DNA from: Candidatus Pelagibacter ubique HTCC1062
Lineage (GTDB): Bacteria > Pseudomonadota > Alphaproteobacteria > Pelagibacterales > Pelagibacteraceae
Reading direction: 5' to 3'
DNA length: 32,000 nucleotides
Assembly: GCF_000012345.1 (NCBI RefSeq)
Contig: NC_007205.1
Span: 1,080,001 to 1,112,000 of the forward strand
This document shows positions 1 to 8,848 of the stretch, in pieces. Under the pieces are notes generated by a model. It had not been told where the DNA came from and did not search any database. It saw nothing but the letters and a program-made list of their open reading frames with translations. The first letter of the stretch is position 1. Each line of letters opens with the position of its first letter. The position numbers were made by a program, and so were the translations under genes.

Positions 1-2623
1 CAAGGTTTTTTAGGGCTTCTTCATTTACATTTGGAATATCTCTAGTAATTTCTTCTTCACCCAATTTTGTATCTCTAGCCATAACTTCATATTCAACAAT
101 ATGAACTGATGTAAATACATCGTCTGTAACACATCTTTCTGAAATTAAAATAGAATCTTCAAAATTGTAACCTTGCCAAGGCATAAATGCTACTGTCACA
201 TTTTTTCCGAGTGCTAACTCACCTAGTTTAGTAGATGGTCCGTCAGCAATAATATCTCCTGATTTAACTTTATCACCTACTCTAACAAGTGGTTTTTGGT
301 TAATACATGTATTTTGGTTTGATCTTTTAAATTTTTGCAGGTTATAAATATCCACACCTGATTTAGTGAAATCCGTTTCTTCAGTTGCTTTGATTACAAT
401 TCTTTTTCCGTCAATTTTATCAACTGTACCATCACGACTAGCAACAATAGTTACACCTGAATCAAGAGCAACATCACTTTCAATTCCGGTACCAACTAAA
501 GGAGACTCTGGTTTTAATAAAGGAACCGCTTGTCTCATCATGTTAGATCCCATTAGAGCTCTGTTCGCATCATCATTTTCTAAGAAAGGGATTAGAGAGG
601 CTGCAACAGAAACTAACTGTTTAGGTGAAACATCAATATAATCAATTTTACTTGGATTTGATAAAACGAAGTTTAAATTTTCCCTACAAGGAACAAGTTC
701 TTCTAAAATTTTTCCAGATTTATCTATTTTTGCATTAGCTTGAGCAATTGTATATTTTGTTTCTTCCATCGCTGAAAGATATTCAACTTTATCTTGAACT
801 ATACCGTTTAGAACTTTTTTATAAGGACTTTCAATAAAACCATACTTATTAATTTTAGCATAAGTAGATAAACTATTAATCAAACCAATGTTCGGTCCTT
901 CAGGTGTTTCAATTGGACAAATTCTTCCGTAGTGAGTTGGATGAACGTCACGTACTTCAAACCCAGCTCTTTCTCTAGTTAACCCACCTGGTCCTAAAGC
1001 TGAAACTCTTCTTTTGTGTGTAATTTCTGATAATGGATTTGTTTGATCCATAAATTGAGAAAGTTGTGAACTTACAAAAAAATCTTTAAGAGAAACTGTT
1101 AATGGTTTTGCATTAATCAAATCTTGTGGCATTGCTGACTCAATATCAAGAGTTGTCATTTTTTCTTTAATCGCTCTTTCCATTCTGTAAACACCAATAC
1201 GCGCTTGGTTTTCAACAAGTTCACCAACAGATCTTACTCTTCTGTTACCTAAGTGATCAATATCATCAACTTCATCTTTACCATCTCTTAAATCTAACAT
1301 TTTATGAACGATAGCAATTATGTCGTCATTTCTTAAAATTGTAATTTTATCAGAACACTCAAGGTTCAGTCTCGAGTTCATCTTAACTCTACCAACATCA
1401 GAAAGGTCGTATCTATCTGAACTAAAGAACAGATTGTTAAATATCTGTGTAGCAATCTCAACTGTTGGTGGTTCACCTGGTCTTAAAACCTTGTAAATTT
1501 CAGTAATTGCATCATTTTTTGAATTATTTTTATCATTTAAAATTGTTGTTAATAAATAAGGTCCTTTATTAATAGAATTAGTAATAGAAATTTCAATTGA
1601 GCTAATATTAGCCTCTAAAATTTGCTTAATAATAGTGTCATTTAACTCTGTACCTATTCCAAAAGTACCTTCTTCTTCATCATCACTAACTTTAACTTCA
1701 TTATGCAAATATTTTCCAATCAAAGACTCTTGAGATACAAGAATGTCTTTAAGCCCATCTGAAGCTAACTTTTTAGCAGTTAAAAAATTAATTTTATCAC
1801 CAAGCTTAATTACAACATTTCCTGTTTTAGCATCAGTAACTTCTTCAGAAAAATTTTTTGCTTTGTAGTTTTCAGGATTAAATTTTGTTTTCCATTTACC
1901 TGTTTTTGCATCAAACGAATAAGTGTCTTTATCATAAAACTCATCAGCAATTTCTGATTTAGTTAAACCTAAAGCCATCAAAAGAGTTGAAGCAAATATT
2001 TTTTTCTTTCTATCAATCTTAAAATATAAAAAATCTTTAACATCGTATTCTAAATCTAACCAAGATCCTCTGTTAGGAATAACTCTACAATTAAATAATA
2101 ATTTACCACTTGCATGTGATTTACCTTTATCATGATCAAAGAAAACACCCGGACTTCTGTGCATTTGGTTTACAACAACTCTTTGAACACCGTTTGTTAT
2201 AAAAGTTCCACTATCAGTCATCATAGGCACTTCACCCATATAAACTTCCTGCTCTTTGGCAGATAAAATATCTTTAGTATTGTTTTCTTGGTCAATTTCG
2301 TAAACAACCAATCTCAAAGTACATTTTAACGCTGACGTAAAAGATAATCCTCTTTGAATACATTCTTCAGTATCAAATTTTGGTTTTTCAAGTCTATAAG
2401 AAACATATTCTAATGTTGCTTTATCATTTAAATCTTCTATTGGAAAAATACTTTTAAAAACTCTATCAAATCCTTTTGATAAATCTCCAGCTTCACTGTC
2501 AAAATCAGTAAGTTGTTTGTATGAATTTTTTTGAACTTCAATTAAATTTGGAATAGATAAAGTTTCCGCAAGCTTTCCAAAGCTTTTTCTTACATTTTTC
2601 TTTTGAGTAAAAGATAATTGCAT
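1..2623 (-). CDS. rpoB: DNA-directed RNA polymerase beta subunit, N-terminal ~874 codons; the 3' part runs off the left edge
   Basis: Absent from the ORF track because the window edge truncates it. ATG at 2623-2621 gives [18 protein letters not shown]. No complete minus-strand ORF is listed in 1-2623, so the frame stays open to position 1. Hand-translated blocks [30 protein letters not shown] (about 2150-2235) and [38 protein letters not shown] (about 885-1005) are RpoB hallmarks. It lies directly downstream of rplJL. Confidence 0.95.
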   Translation of the reverse strand, partial: MQLSFTQKKNVRKSFGKLAETLSIPNLIEVQKNSYKQLTDFDSEAGDLSKGFDRVFKSIFPIEDLNDKATLEYVSYRLEKPKFDTEECIQRGLSFTSALKCTLRLVVYEIDQENNTKDILSAKEQEVYMGEVPMMTDSGTFITNGVQRVVVNQMHRSPGVFFDHDKGKSHASGKLLFNCRVIPNRGSWLDLEYDVKDFLYFKIDRKKKIFASTLLMALGLTKSEIADEFYDKDTYSFDAKTGKWKTKFNPENYKAKNFSEEVTDAKTGNVVIKLGDKINFLTAKKLASDGLKDILVSQESLIGKYLHNEVKVSDDEEEGTFGIGTELNDTIIKQILEANISSIEISITNSINKGPYLLTTILNDKNNSKNDAITEIYKVLRPGEPPTVEIATQIFNNLFFSSDRYDLSDVGRVKMNSRLNLECSDKITILRNDDIIAIVHKMLDLRDGKDEVDDIDHLGNRRVRSVGELVENQARIGVYRMERAIKEKMTTLDIESAMPQDLINAKPLTVSLKDFFVSSQLSQFMDQTNPLSEITHKRRVSALGPGGLTRERAGFEVRDVHPTHYGRICPIETPEGPNIGLINSLSTYAKINKYGFIESPYKKVLNGIVQDKVEYLSAMEETKYTIAQANAKIDKSGKILEELVPCRENLNFVLSNPSKIDYIDVSPKQLVSVAASLIPFLENDDANRALMGSNMMRQAVPLLKPESPLVGTGIESDVALDSGVTIVASRDGTVDKIDGKRIVIKATEETDFTKSGVDIYNLQKFKRSNQNTCINQKPLVRVGDKVKSGDIIADGPSTKLGELALGKNVTVAFMPWQGYNFEDSILISERCVTDDVFTSVHIVEYEVMARDTKLGEEEITRDIPNVNEEALKNL

Positions 2624-2678
2624 TTATTACTAATCACTGATTAATAAATTAACCAGTTATGAAATCTTTCTAATTAAT

Positions 2679-3044
2679 TTATTTAAGTTCTACTTTTGCG
2701 CCAGCTGCTTCCAACTTAGCCTTGATCTCTTCAGCATCTTTTTTGTTTACACCAGACTTAACTTCTTTTGGTGCACCCTCAACTAAATCTTTTGCTTCTT
2801 TAAGACCTAAAGATGTTGCTGCTCTAACTTCTTTAATAACATTAATTTTTTTATCACCTGCAGAAATTAACATGATTGTAAAATCATCTTTTGCTTCTTC
2901 AGCTGCACCGCCTGCTGCTGCTGCTGGTGCTGCTGCAGCCATAGCTGTAACACCCCACTTTTCTTCAAGCTGTTTTGAAAGTTCAGCTGCTTCAACGACA
3001 GTTAAACTTGATAAGTCTTCAATAATTTTGTTTAGATCAGGCAT
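2679..3044 (-). CDS. rplL: 50S ribosomal protein L7/L12
   Basis: 121 aa with an Ala/Gly hinge ([14 protein letters not shown]) and a C-terminal [12 protein letters not shown]...EAGAKVELK. Position rplJ-rplL-rpoB. Confidence 0.97.
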   Translation of the reverse strand: MPDLNKIIEDLSSLTVVEAAELSKQLEEKWGVTAMAAAAPAAAAGGAAEEAKDDFTIMLISAGDKKINVIKEVRAATSLGLKEAKDLVEGAPKEVKSGVNKKDAEEIKAKLEAAGAKVELK

Positions 3045-3071
3045 ATTTTTTTTTACTCTTTAGGTTGTTTT

Positions 3072-3575
3072 TTAAGAATTTTCTGGGCTCAAACTACTCA
3101 TTTTTTCGGATCGTGCAAGTAAAATACTTACTAATTTTGATGCTGGTGTAGCCAAAATTCCGACAAGATTAGCTCTTGCTTCATCAAGTGTTGGTAAATT
3201 TGCTACATTTTGAACTGCAGCTTGGTCTAATACCTCATTACCCATAATTCCACCTAAAAGTTTCAAACTTTCGTTTGTTTTGGCAAATTTAGATAAAATT
3301 CTAGCTGATATTATCGCGTCATTAGAAAAAGCAACTGCAGTAGCGCCTGTAAATAAATTTGATAGCTCCTTACACTTAGTTTTTTCTAGTGCAATTTTTG
3401 TAATTCTATTTTTTGTTATAGTGAACTTAATGCCATGTTCTCTCATTTGCGCTCTAAGTTCATCAAGTTGAGACATTGTAAGTCCTTGGTAGTGAGTTAC
3501 CATTACAGCTTCATTATTCTGAAACTGTGTTTCCATTTCACTAATATAATTCTTTTTTTGTTCCTTGTTCATCAT
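3072..3575 (-). CDS. rplJ: 50S ribosomal protein L10
   Basis: 167 aa, located between rplA and rplL, with an L10-like N-terminal region. The start could be either of two adjacent Met codons. Confidence 0.9.
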   Translation of the reverse strand: MMNKEQKKNYISEMETQFQNNEAVMVTHYQGLTMSQLDELRAQMREHGIKFTITKNRITKIALEKTKCKELSNLFTGATAVAFSNDAIISARILSKFAKTNESLKLLGGIMGNEVLDQAAVQNVANLPTLDEARANLVGILATPASKLVSILLARSEKMSSLSPENS

Positions 3576-3577
3576 AA

Positions 3578-4267
3578 CTATATAGCTTTTCCTAATTTAA
3601 CTTTATACGAAACACCCATGCTTGACGTTATAAAAGTATTTTTTATTAAGTCACCTTTTAAAGTTAGGTTTCCTTTTTCTTTTTCTAAAGTATCTAAAAT
3701 AGCATGAAAATTTTTAAGTAATTGATCATCATGGAAAGATTTCTTGCCTATACTTACACCAATATTTCCATCTTTATCGTTTCTAATTTCTGCTTGTCCT
3801 GATTTAGCATTTGTTACAGCTTGCTTAATGTCCTCTGAAACTGATCCTAATTTTGGGTTAGGCATTAATCCTTTTGGACCTAAAACTTTTCCAAGCTTAG
3901 ATAATTTAACCATCATACCTGGTGTACAAATTAATTTTTCAAAATTAAGTTCACCAGCTTTAATTTTATCAATAAATTCATCGCTACCAACTATATCAGC
4001 GCCAGCATCTTTGGCTTCTTTGGCTTTTGTATCCTCACAAACAACAGCTACTTTCACTTTCTTACCTGTTCCACCAGGTAAGTTAACTACAGTTCTAATA
4101 TTTACTTCACCTTTTTTTTGTTTGTTGTTCACTTGAAAGCTCAAGTCAATTGATTCATCAAATTTTGTAGTACAATTTTTTTTAACAGTCGCTAATAAAT
4201 TTTCAATAACATCAGCAGTTAAATCTTTTGTTTTTTCAGGTAATTGTTTAAATCTTTTTGATGGCAT
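3578..4267 (-). CDS. rplA: 50S ribosomal protein L1
   Basis: 229 aa with L1-like blocks (VNLPGGTGK, GPKGLMPNPK.G) and conserved rplKA order. Confidence 0.95.
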   Translation of the reverse strand: MPSKRFKQLPEKTKDLTADVIENLLATVKKNCTTKFDESIDLSFQVNNKQKKGEVNIRTVVNLPGGTGKKVKVAVVCEDTKAKEAKDAGADIVGSDEFIDKIKAGELNFEKLICTPGMMVKLSKLGKVLGPKGLMPNPKLGSVSEDIKQAVTNAKSGQAEIRNDKDGNIGVSIGKKSFHDDQLLKNFHAILDTLEKEKGNLTLKGDLIKNTFITSSMGVSYKVKLGKAI

Positions 4268-4692
4268 TAGTCTTTAACCTCTATCCCCATTGATCTTGCT
4301 GATCCTGCAATAATTTTTACCGCTTGCTCAAGATCGTGAGCATTAAGATCTTTCATCTTTTGGGTTGCAATTTCTTCTGCTTGTTTTTTTGTAATTGATC
4401 CAGCAATACTTCTGCCTGGCTCTTTAGATCCACCTTTAAGTTTAGCAGCTTCTTTAATAAAATGTGATGCTGGCGGTGATTTAATTTCAAAATCAAATTT
4501 TTTATCTTTATATACTGTGATAACTACTGGAATTGGTTTTCCAGCAAATGCTTTTGTTTTATCGTTAAAAGCTTTACAAAATTCCATTATATTAATTCCA
4601 CGTTGACCTAACGCAGGACCAACTGGCGGTGCTGGATTGGCTTGGCCACCCATAATTTGTAACTTTATATATCCACTAATTTCTTTTGCCAT
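4267..4692 (-). CDS. rplK: 50S ribosomal protein L11
   Basis: 141 aa with the L11 hallmark [29 protein letters not shown]. Confidence 0.97.
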
Positions 4693-5222
4693 TAACTTGC
4701 TTTCTCTACTTGGTTATATTCTAAATCAACTGGTGTTGGTCTTCCAAATATTGAAACTGAAACCTTAAGTCTTGATTTCTCTTCATCTATATCTTCAACC
4801 ATACCGCTGAATGATGCAAAAGGACCGTCAACGACCTGAACTTTTTCACCAATGCTGTATTCTATACCAGATTTTGGCTGAGCTACACCATCTTTTATTT
4901 GTCCTAAAATCTTTTCTATTTCTTTATCTGAAACAGGAACAGGAATGCCCTTTGAACCTAAAAACCCACTCACACGCTTTAAGTTTTTAATTAAATGATA
5001 AAGATCATTATCCATTTCACTTTTAATCAAAACATAACCAGGAAAGTATTTCTTTTTTCTCTGAATTCTCTTTCCTCTTTTTACTTCTGTTACATCGTGT
5101 GTTGGAACAACAATTTCTTCAATTTTGTCAGAAATTTTTGCTTTTTCAGCTTCTTCCTTAATTAATCCAGCAACTTTATTCTCAAAATTTGAGTGTGATT
5201 GAACAATATACCAATTTTTCAT
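4692..5222 (-). CDS. nusG: transcription termination/antitermination factor NusG
   Basis: 176 aa with N-terminal WY.V......E and a C-terminal KOW-like segment ([22 protein letters not shown]). Conserved secE-nusG-rplK order. Confidence 0.93.
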
Positions 5223-5413
5223 TAAATACTTACCTTTAGTAAAGCTTCCAATAAAAATTTAAGTACTTGATCAAGAAGCAAAAAGAAAAGAGACATAATA
5301 ACTGCCATAGCAAATACCATTAATGCACCTTGCATTGTCTCTTTTCCGGTAGGCCAAGAAACTTTAAAGGCTTCTTGTTTAACTTCTTGGATAAATTTTA
5401 TCGGGTTTTTCAT
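5222..5413 (-). CDS. secE: preprotein translocase subunit SecE
   Basis: 63 aa with a single hydrophobic helix after a KV.WP motif, located immediately upstream of nusG. Confidence 0.85.
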   Translation of the reverse strand: MKNPIKFIQEVKQEAFKVSWPTGKETMQGALMVFAMAVIMSLFFLLLDQVLKFLLEALLKVSI

Positions 5414-5432
5414 AATATACTGTTTAGCTTAT

Positions 5433-5508
5433 TGGCAGGAGCGGAGGGAATCGAACCCTCAACCTCCGGTTTTGGAGACCGGCACTCTACCAATTGAGCT
5501 ACACTCCT
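5433..5508 (-). tRNA. tRNA-Trp (anticodon CCA)
   Basis: Reverse complement reads AGGAGTGTAGCTCAATTGGTAGAGTGCCGGTCTCCAAAACCGGAGGTTGAGGGTTCGATTCCCTCCGCTCCTGCCA. It folds by hand as a cloverleaf with anticodon loop CTCCAAA, T-loop GGTTCGATTCC and an encoded CCA end. Confidence 0.93.
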
Positions 5509-5515
5509 ATAGAGT

Positions 5516-6706
5516 TTACTCTATAATTTTAGTTACTACTCCAGCTCCAACTGTTCTACCACCTTCACGAATAGCAAAGTTTAATTTTTCGCTCATCGCA
5601 ATTGGAGTAATTAATGTAACAGTGAATTTAGCGTCATCACCAGGCATAACCATTTCAGTTCCAGCTGGTAATGTAACTTCTCCAGTTACATCAGTTGTTC
5701 TAAAGTAAAACTGAGGTCTGTATTTAGTAAAGAAAGGAGTGTGTCTTCCACCCTCATCTTTTTTAAGTACATAGGCCTGAGCTTCAAATTTAGTGTGTGG
5801 TGTAATTGAAGCAGGTTTACAAAGAACTTGTCCTCTTTGAATGTCATCACGTTCAACACCTCTTAATAGTATACCAACGTTATCCCCTGCTTCACCAGAA
5901 TCTAAAAGTTTTCTGAACATTTCAACACCAGTACAAACTGATTTTTTAGTTGCAGTAACCCCTACAATTTCAACTTCTTCACCAGTTTTAATAACACCAG
6001 ATTCAATTCTTCCAGTTGCAACAGTTCCTCTACCTGAAATTGAGAAAACATCCTCAACAGGCATTAGGAAAGGTTTGTCAATATCTCTAGTTGGTTGAGG
6101 AATAAATTCATCAACAGCTTTCATTAATTCTATAATAGAATTTTTTCCAATTTCTTCATCTCTACCTTCAACAGCAGCTAATGCAGATCCTTTAACGATA
6201 GGAGTTTTATCACCTGGATATTTGTATGAAGTTAAAAGTTCTCTAATTTCTTCTTCAACAAGTTCAATCATATCTTTATCATCAACTTGATCTACTTTAT
6301 TTAAGTAAACAACAATTGCAGGAATACCAACTTGTCTTCCTAAAAGAATGTGTTCTCTAGTTTGAGGCATAGGACCATCAGCAGCATTAACCACTAAGAT
6401 AGCTCCATCCATTTGAGCTGCACCGGTAATCATGTTTTTTACATAGTCAGCGTGACCTGGGCAATCAACGTGTGCGTAGTGTCTTTTTTCAGTTTCATAT
6501 TCAACGTGAGCAGTTGAAATTGTAATCCCTCTTTCTTTTTCTTCAGGGGCTTTATCAATCTGATCGTAAGCAACAGCTTTTCCTCCACCAAGTTCTGCTA
6601 ATGTAATTGTGATAGCAGCTGTTAATGTTGTCTTACCATGGTCGACATGACCAATTGTACCGATGTTACAGTGTGGTTTATTTCTTACGAACTTTTCTTT
6701 TGACAT
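5516..6706 (-). CDS. tuf: translation elongation factor Tu
   Basis: 396 aa with [18 protein letters not shown] and NKVD GTPase motifs. Full-length EF-Tu with GAGG about 10 nt upstream of the ATG. Confidence 0.99.
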   Translation of the reverse strand: MSKEKFVRNKPHCNIGTIGHVDHGKTTLTAAITITLAELGGGKAVAYDQIDKAPEEKERGITISTAHVEYETEKRHYAHVDCPGHADYVKNMITGAAQMDGAILVVNAADGPMPQTREHILLGRQVGIPAIVVYLNKVDQVDDKDMIELVEEEIRELLTSYKYPGDKTPIVKGSALAAVEGRDEEIGKNSIIELMKAVDEFIPQPTRDIDKPFLMPVEDVFSISGRGTVATGRIESGVIKTGEEVEIVGVTATKKSVCTGVEMFRKLLDSGEAGDNVGILLRGVERDDIQRGQVLCKPASITPHTKFEAQAYVLKKDEGGRHTPFFTKYRPQFYFRTTDVTGEVTLPAGTEMVMPGDDAKFTVTLITPIAMSEKLNFAIREGGRTVGAGVVTKIIE

Positions 6707-6753
6707 TACGTTTTTACCTCAGTTTTAGTTTTATTAATAATTTCTTTTTTTCT

Positions 6754-6827
6754 TGGAGCGGGTAAAGAGAATCGAACTCTTACATCCAGCTTGGAAGGCT
6801 AGCGTTCTACCATTGAACTACACCCGC
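6754..6827 (-). tRNA. tRNA-Gly (anticodon TCC)
   Basis: Reverse complement reads GCGGGTGTAGTTCAATGGTAGAACGCTAGCCTTCCAAGCTGGATGTAAGAGTTCGATTCTCTTTACCCGCTCCA. Anticodon loop CTTCCAA, T-loop TTCGATT, encoded CCA. Confidence 0.92.
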
Positions 6828-6873
6828 ACAACATCAAGAATAACACTCCATTGTTATAAAAAATTTTATTGAT

Positions 6874-6959
6874 TGGTGGAGGGGGAAAGATTCGAACTTT
6901 CGAAGACCGAAGTCAACGGGTTTACAGCCCGCCCCATTTGACCGCTCTGGAACCCCTCC
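6874..6959 (-). tRNA. tRNA-Tyr (anticodon GTA), long variable arm
   Basis: Reverse complement reads GGAGGGGTTCCAGAGCGGTCAAATGGGGCGGGCTGTAAACCCGTTGACTTCGGTCTTCGAAAGTTCGAATCTTTCCCCCTCCACCA. Perfect 7-bp acceptor stem GGAGGGG/CCCCTCC and anticodon loop CTGTAAA. Confidence 0.92.
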
Positions 6960-7008
6960 TTTTTGGGGAAGTGTCCCCTTGCTCAATAAAGCTTCAAACA
7001 ACATGCGT

Positions 7009-7036
7009 TTTATATATTTTTATTATGCAATTGCAA
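7009..7036 (-). promoter_or_regulatory. candidate sigma70-type promoter for the tRNA-Tyr/tRNA-Gly/tuf unit
   Basis: The minus strand reads TTGCAA (7036-7031), a 16-nt spacer, then TATAAA (7014-7009), about 50 nt upstream of the mature tRNA-Tyr 5' end. This is a hexamer match only, in an AT-rich spacer. Confidence 0.35.
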
Positions 7037-7090
7037 CACGAGATTTACTGTGAAAATGGAGGAAAATACGTATAAAACAAAGATAATTTT

Positions 7091-7834
7091 ATGAATAAAT
7101 CATCTTTTTTAATCGTTGGTCAACATGCTGTAATTGAGGCTTTAAGAAACCCAAAAAGAAAGGTTTTAAAAGTTTTTTTAACAGAAGAAAGTAAAAAAAA
7201 TATTCATAGAAAAAACCCAAAGAAGAATGTCCTTGAAGACGTTAAAGTCTATTTTAAATCAAAAAAAGAATTAGATAAGTATACCTCTAAAGATCAAATT
7301 ATGCACGGTGGGTACATTGCAGAAGTTGAGCATATCGATCAACCCGACTTAAAAGAATTTATAAAAGGAAAAAATGAATTAACATTTGTTTGCATAGATG
7401 AAGTAACAGATCCTAGAAATATTGGATCGTTAATTAGAAGTGCTTCTTCATTTCATATAGATGGATTAATAGTTAAAGAAAGACAATTCCCGTCTGATAG
7501 TAAGCTTATGTATAAAGCCGCAAGTGGATGCATGGAGCATATTAATATTTTTGAAGTATCAAACATAAATTCAACACTTAAAAATTTAAGAGAAAAGAAT
7601 TTTTGGGTTTATGGGTTTGATGCGAGAGGAGAAAAAGACTTTACAGAAATTAAATGGGAAGGAAAGAATGTTCTTTTATTTGGATCTGAAGGTTTCGGTA
7701 TGAGAGAACATACTGGAAAGTACACAGATTTTTTTGTGAAGATTGACATAAATAAGGATGTAGAAAGCTTAAATATCTCAAATAGTGCAGCGATTGTGTT
7801 TCATCATTTAAGTTATTTGAAAAAAAATTCTTGA
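7091..7834 (+). CDS. rlmB: SpoU/TrmH-family RNA 2'-O-methyltransferase, RlmB-like (23S rRNA Gm2251 type)
   Basis: 247 aa with an N-terminal substrate-binding-like segment (GQHAVIEALRNPKRKV) and a C-terminal SpoU knot region (DPRNIGSLIRSA, LLFGSEGFGM, LNISNSAAI). Confidence 0.8.
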   Translation: MNKSSFLIVGQHAVIEALRNPKRKVLKVFLTEESKKNIHRKNPKKNVLEDVKVYFKSKKELDKYTSKDQIMHGGYIAEVEHIDQPDLKEFIKGKNELTFVCIDEVTDPRNIGSLIRSASSFHIDGLIVKERQFPSDSKLMYKAASGCMEHINIFEVSNINSTLKNLREKNFWVYGFDARGEKDFTEIKWEGKNVLLFGSEGFGMREHTGKYTDFFVKIDINKDVESLNISNSAAIVFHHLSYLKKNS

Positions 7835-7867
7835 TTAGTCTAAGATTTCTTAATAGAAATCGTTTAT

Positions 7868-7943
7868 GCCCTTGTAGCTCAGCTGGTAGAGCAATTGATT
7901 TGTAATCAATAGGTCCGCGGTTCGACTCCGTGCGGGGGCACCA
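7868..7943 (+). tRNA. tRNA-Thr (anticodon TGT)
   Basis: GCCCTTGTAGCTCAGCTGGTAGAGCAATTGATTTGTAATCAATAGGTCCGCGGTTCGACTCCGTGCGGGGGCACCA. Anticodon stem ATTGA/TCAAT with loop TTTGTAA, T-loop GGTTCGACTCC, encoded CCA. Confidence 0.92.
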
Positions 7944-7947
7944 TCAC

Positions 7948-8727
7948 TTAATTATTTGAAGTTTCTTTACGCGTTTGTTCAATCTTTATTTTTTTGTGAA
8001 GACTGTTATTTTTATCATATAATAATTCAAAGCTAATTTTTTTATTGGCTTGAATTTTAATTGTTTTTGCATTTCTAACCTCAAAATTATCTGCAACAGC
8101 GCTGATAGGTCTTTTATTTGTATCTAAATTTTTTATTAAAATTTTAGATTTATCACTAATAATTGTACCCTTCCATCTTCTAGGTCTAAAAGGACTAATC
8201 GGAGTTACTGCTAGCTTTCTTGAATCTAAATTTAGAATTGGTCCATGTGCTGATAAATTATAAGCCGTACTACCTGCAGGTGTTGAAACTAAAACGCCAT
8301 CAGAGATTAGATTTTTAATAATATTTTTATTATTAGCAGTAATCGAAATTGATGATGCTTGCTTACTTTGTCTTAATATTGACACCTCATTGATAGCTAT
8401 TGATTTTTTTGTTTGATTTTTTTTATTAGTCACAGTCATTTGTAGAGGATAAATTTTAACACTATTAGAGATATTCAAATTTTTAATAAAGTTTTCATTA
8501 GAAAACTTATTCATCAAAAAACCATAGTTTCCAGAATTAATTCCATAGAAAGGTTTTTTATATTTATGTAATTTTTTTAAAGTTTGAAGCATGAAACCAT
8601 CTCCTCCTAGAACAATTATTATGTTGGATTTTCTTAAAGATGTAATGTTAACTTTTTTAATAAGAATTGATTTAATCTTAAGAGAGACTTTGGTTTTATC
8701 AAATACTAAATATACTTTATCTCTCAT
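7948..8727 (-). CDS. nadK: NAD(+) kinase
   Basis: 259 aa with the GGDGFML motif about 40 residues from the N-terminus and a downstream STPAGSTAYNLSAHGP block typical of NAD kinases. Confidence 0.88.
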   Translation of the reverse strand: MRDKVYLVFDKTKVSLKIKSILIKKVNITSLRKSNIIIVLGGDGFMLQTLKKLHKYKKPFYGINSGNYGFLMNKFSNENFIKNLNISNSVKIYPLQMTVTNKKNQTKKSIAINEVSILRQSKQASSISITANNKNIIKNLISDGVLVSTPAGSTAYNLSAHGPILNLDSRKLAVTPISPFRPRRWKGTIISDKSKILIKNLDTNKRPISAVADNFEVRNAKTIKIQANKKISFELLYDKNNSLHKKIKIEQTRKETSNN

Positions 8728-8731
8728 TTAG

Positions 8732-8816
8732 TGGTGCCCTCGGCCAGACTCGAACTGGCACTCCAAAAAGGCACGGATTTTAAGTCCGTTGTGTCTACCA
8801 ATTTCACCACGAGGGC
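8732..8816 (-). tRNA. tRNA-Leu (anticodon TAA), type II with variable arm
   Basis: Reverse complement reads GCCCTCGTGGTGAAATTGGTAGACACAACGGACTTAAAATCCGTGCCTTTTTGGAGTGCCAGTTCGAGTCTGGCCGAGGGCACCA. Perfect acceptor stem GCCCTCG/CGAGGGC, anticodon loop CTTAAAA, T-arm GCCAG-TTCGAGT-CTGGC. Confidence 0.92.
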
Positions 8817-8848
8817 ATGTACTATTTTCATTTGTTTAACTGTTTTTA

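Noticed and set aside
348-356. DnaA-box-like 9-mer ATATCCACA.
   Set aside because: It is a single copy with one mismatch inside the rpoB coding sequence. There is no cluster of boxes or AT-rich unwinding element, so it is not an origin.
2624-2678. Small inverted repeats in the rplL-rpoB spacer (TAATC-ACT-GATTA; AAATTAA...TTAATTT) considered as a possible attenuator.
   Set aside because: The stems are 5-7 bp of pure or nearly pure A/T with no U-tract. They cannot be told apart from chance palindromes in AT-rich DNA.
2722-3063. Long antisense or nested ORFs inside well-supported genes. Examples are 366-641(+), 2722-3063(+), 3280-3471(+), 3435-3707(+), 3744-4136(+), 5472-5708(+), 5841-6098(+), 9400-9669(+), 10312-10527(-), 13033-13431(-), 13679-13948(-), 15592-15780(-), 19244-19468(+), 20996-21178(-), 22174-22392(+), 24307-24504(+), 25467-25649(+), 26822-27076(+) and 31265-31468(-).
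   Set aside because: Each lies wholly or largely within a gene with a clear conserved product on the opposite strand or in another frame. Their translations are low-complexity Ser/Leu/Ile/Phe-rich strings with no recognisable motifs. Such shadow ORFs are expected from codon bias in the true gene.
6828-6873. Hairpin ATAACA-CTCCAT-TGTTAT in the tRNA-Tyr/tRNA-Gly spacer.
   Set aside because: It is a 6-bp A/T-rich stem in a processing spacer that is removed anyway. Nothing distinguishes it from chance.
7025-7058. An rlmB promoter using the palindromic TTGCAA (7031-7036) as a -35 element shared with the divergent tRNA promoter.
   Set aside because: The only -10 candidates at suitable spacing (GAAAAT, AAAATG) are poor matches, so I could not support a specific call.
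6869-7075. 68-aa plus-strand ORF in the tuf/rlmB spacer.
   Set aside because: Its first 90 nt are the antisense of tRNA-Tyr (6874-6959), and the remainder is promoter-type AT-rich spacer. There are no motifs.
7056-7094. A 12-codon upstream ORF (MEENTYKTKIIL) whose TGA overlaps the rlmB ATG.
   Set aside because: It has no SD or other support. Such short ORFs arise by chance in AT-rich leaders, and I cannot assess conservation.
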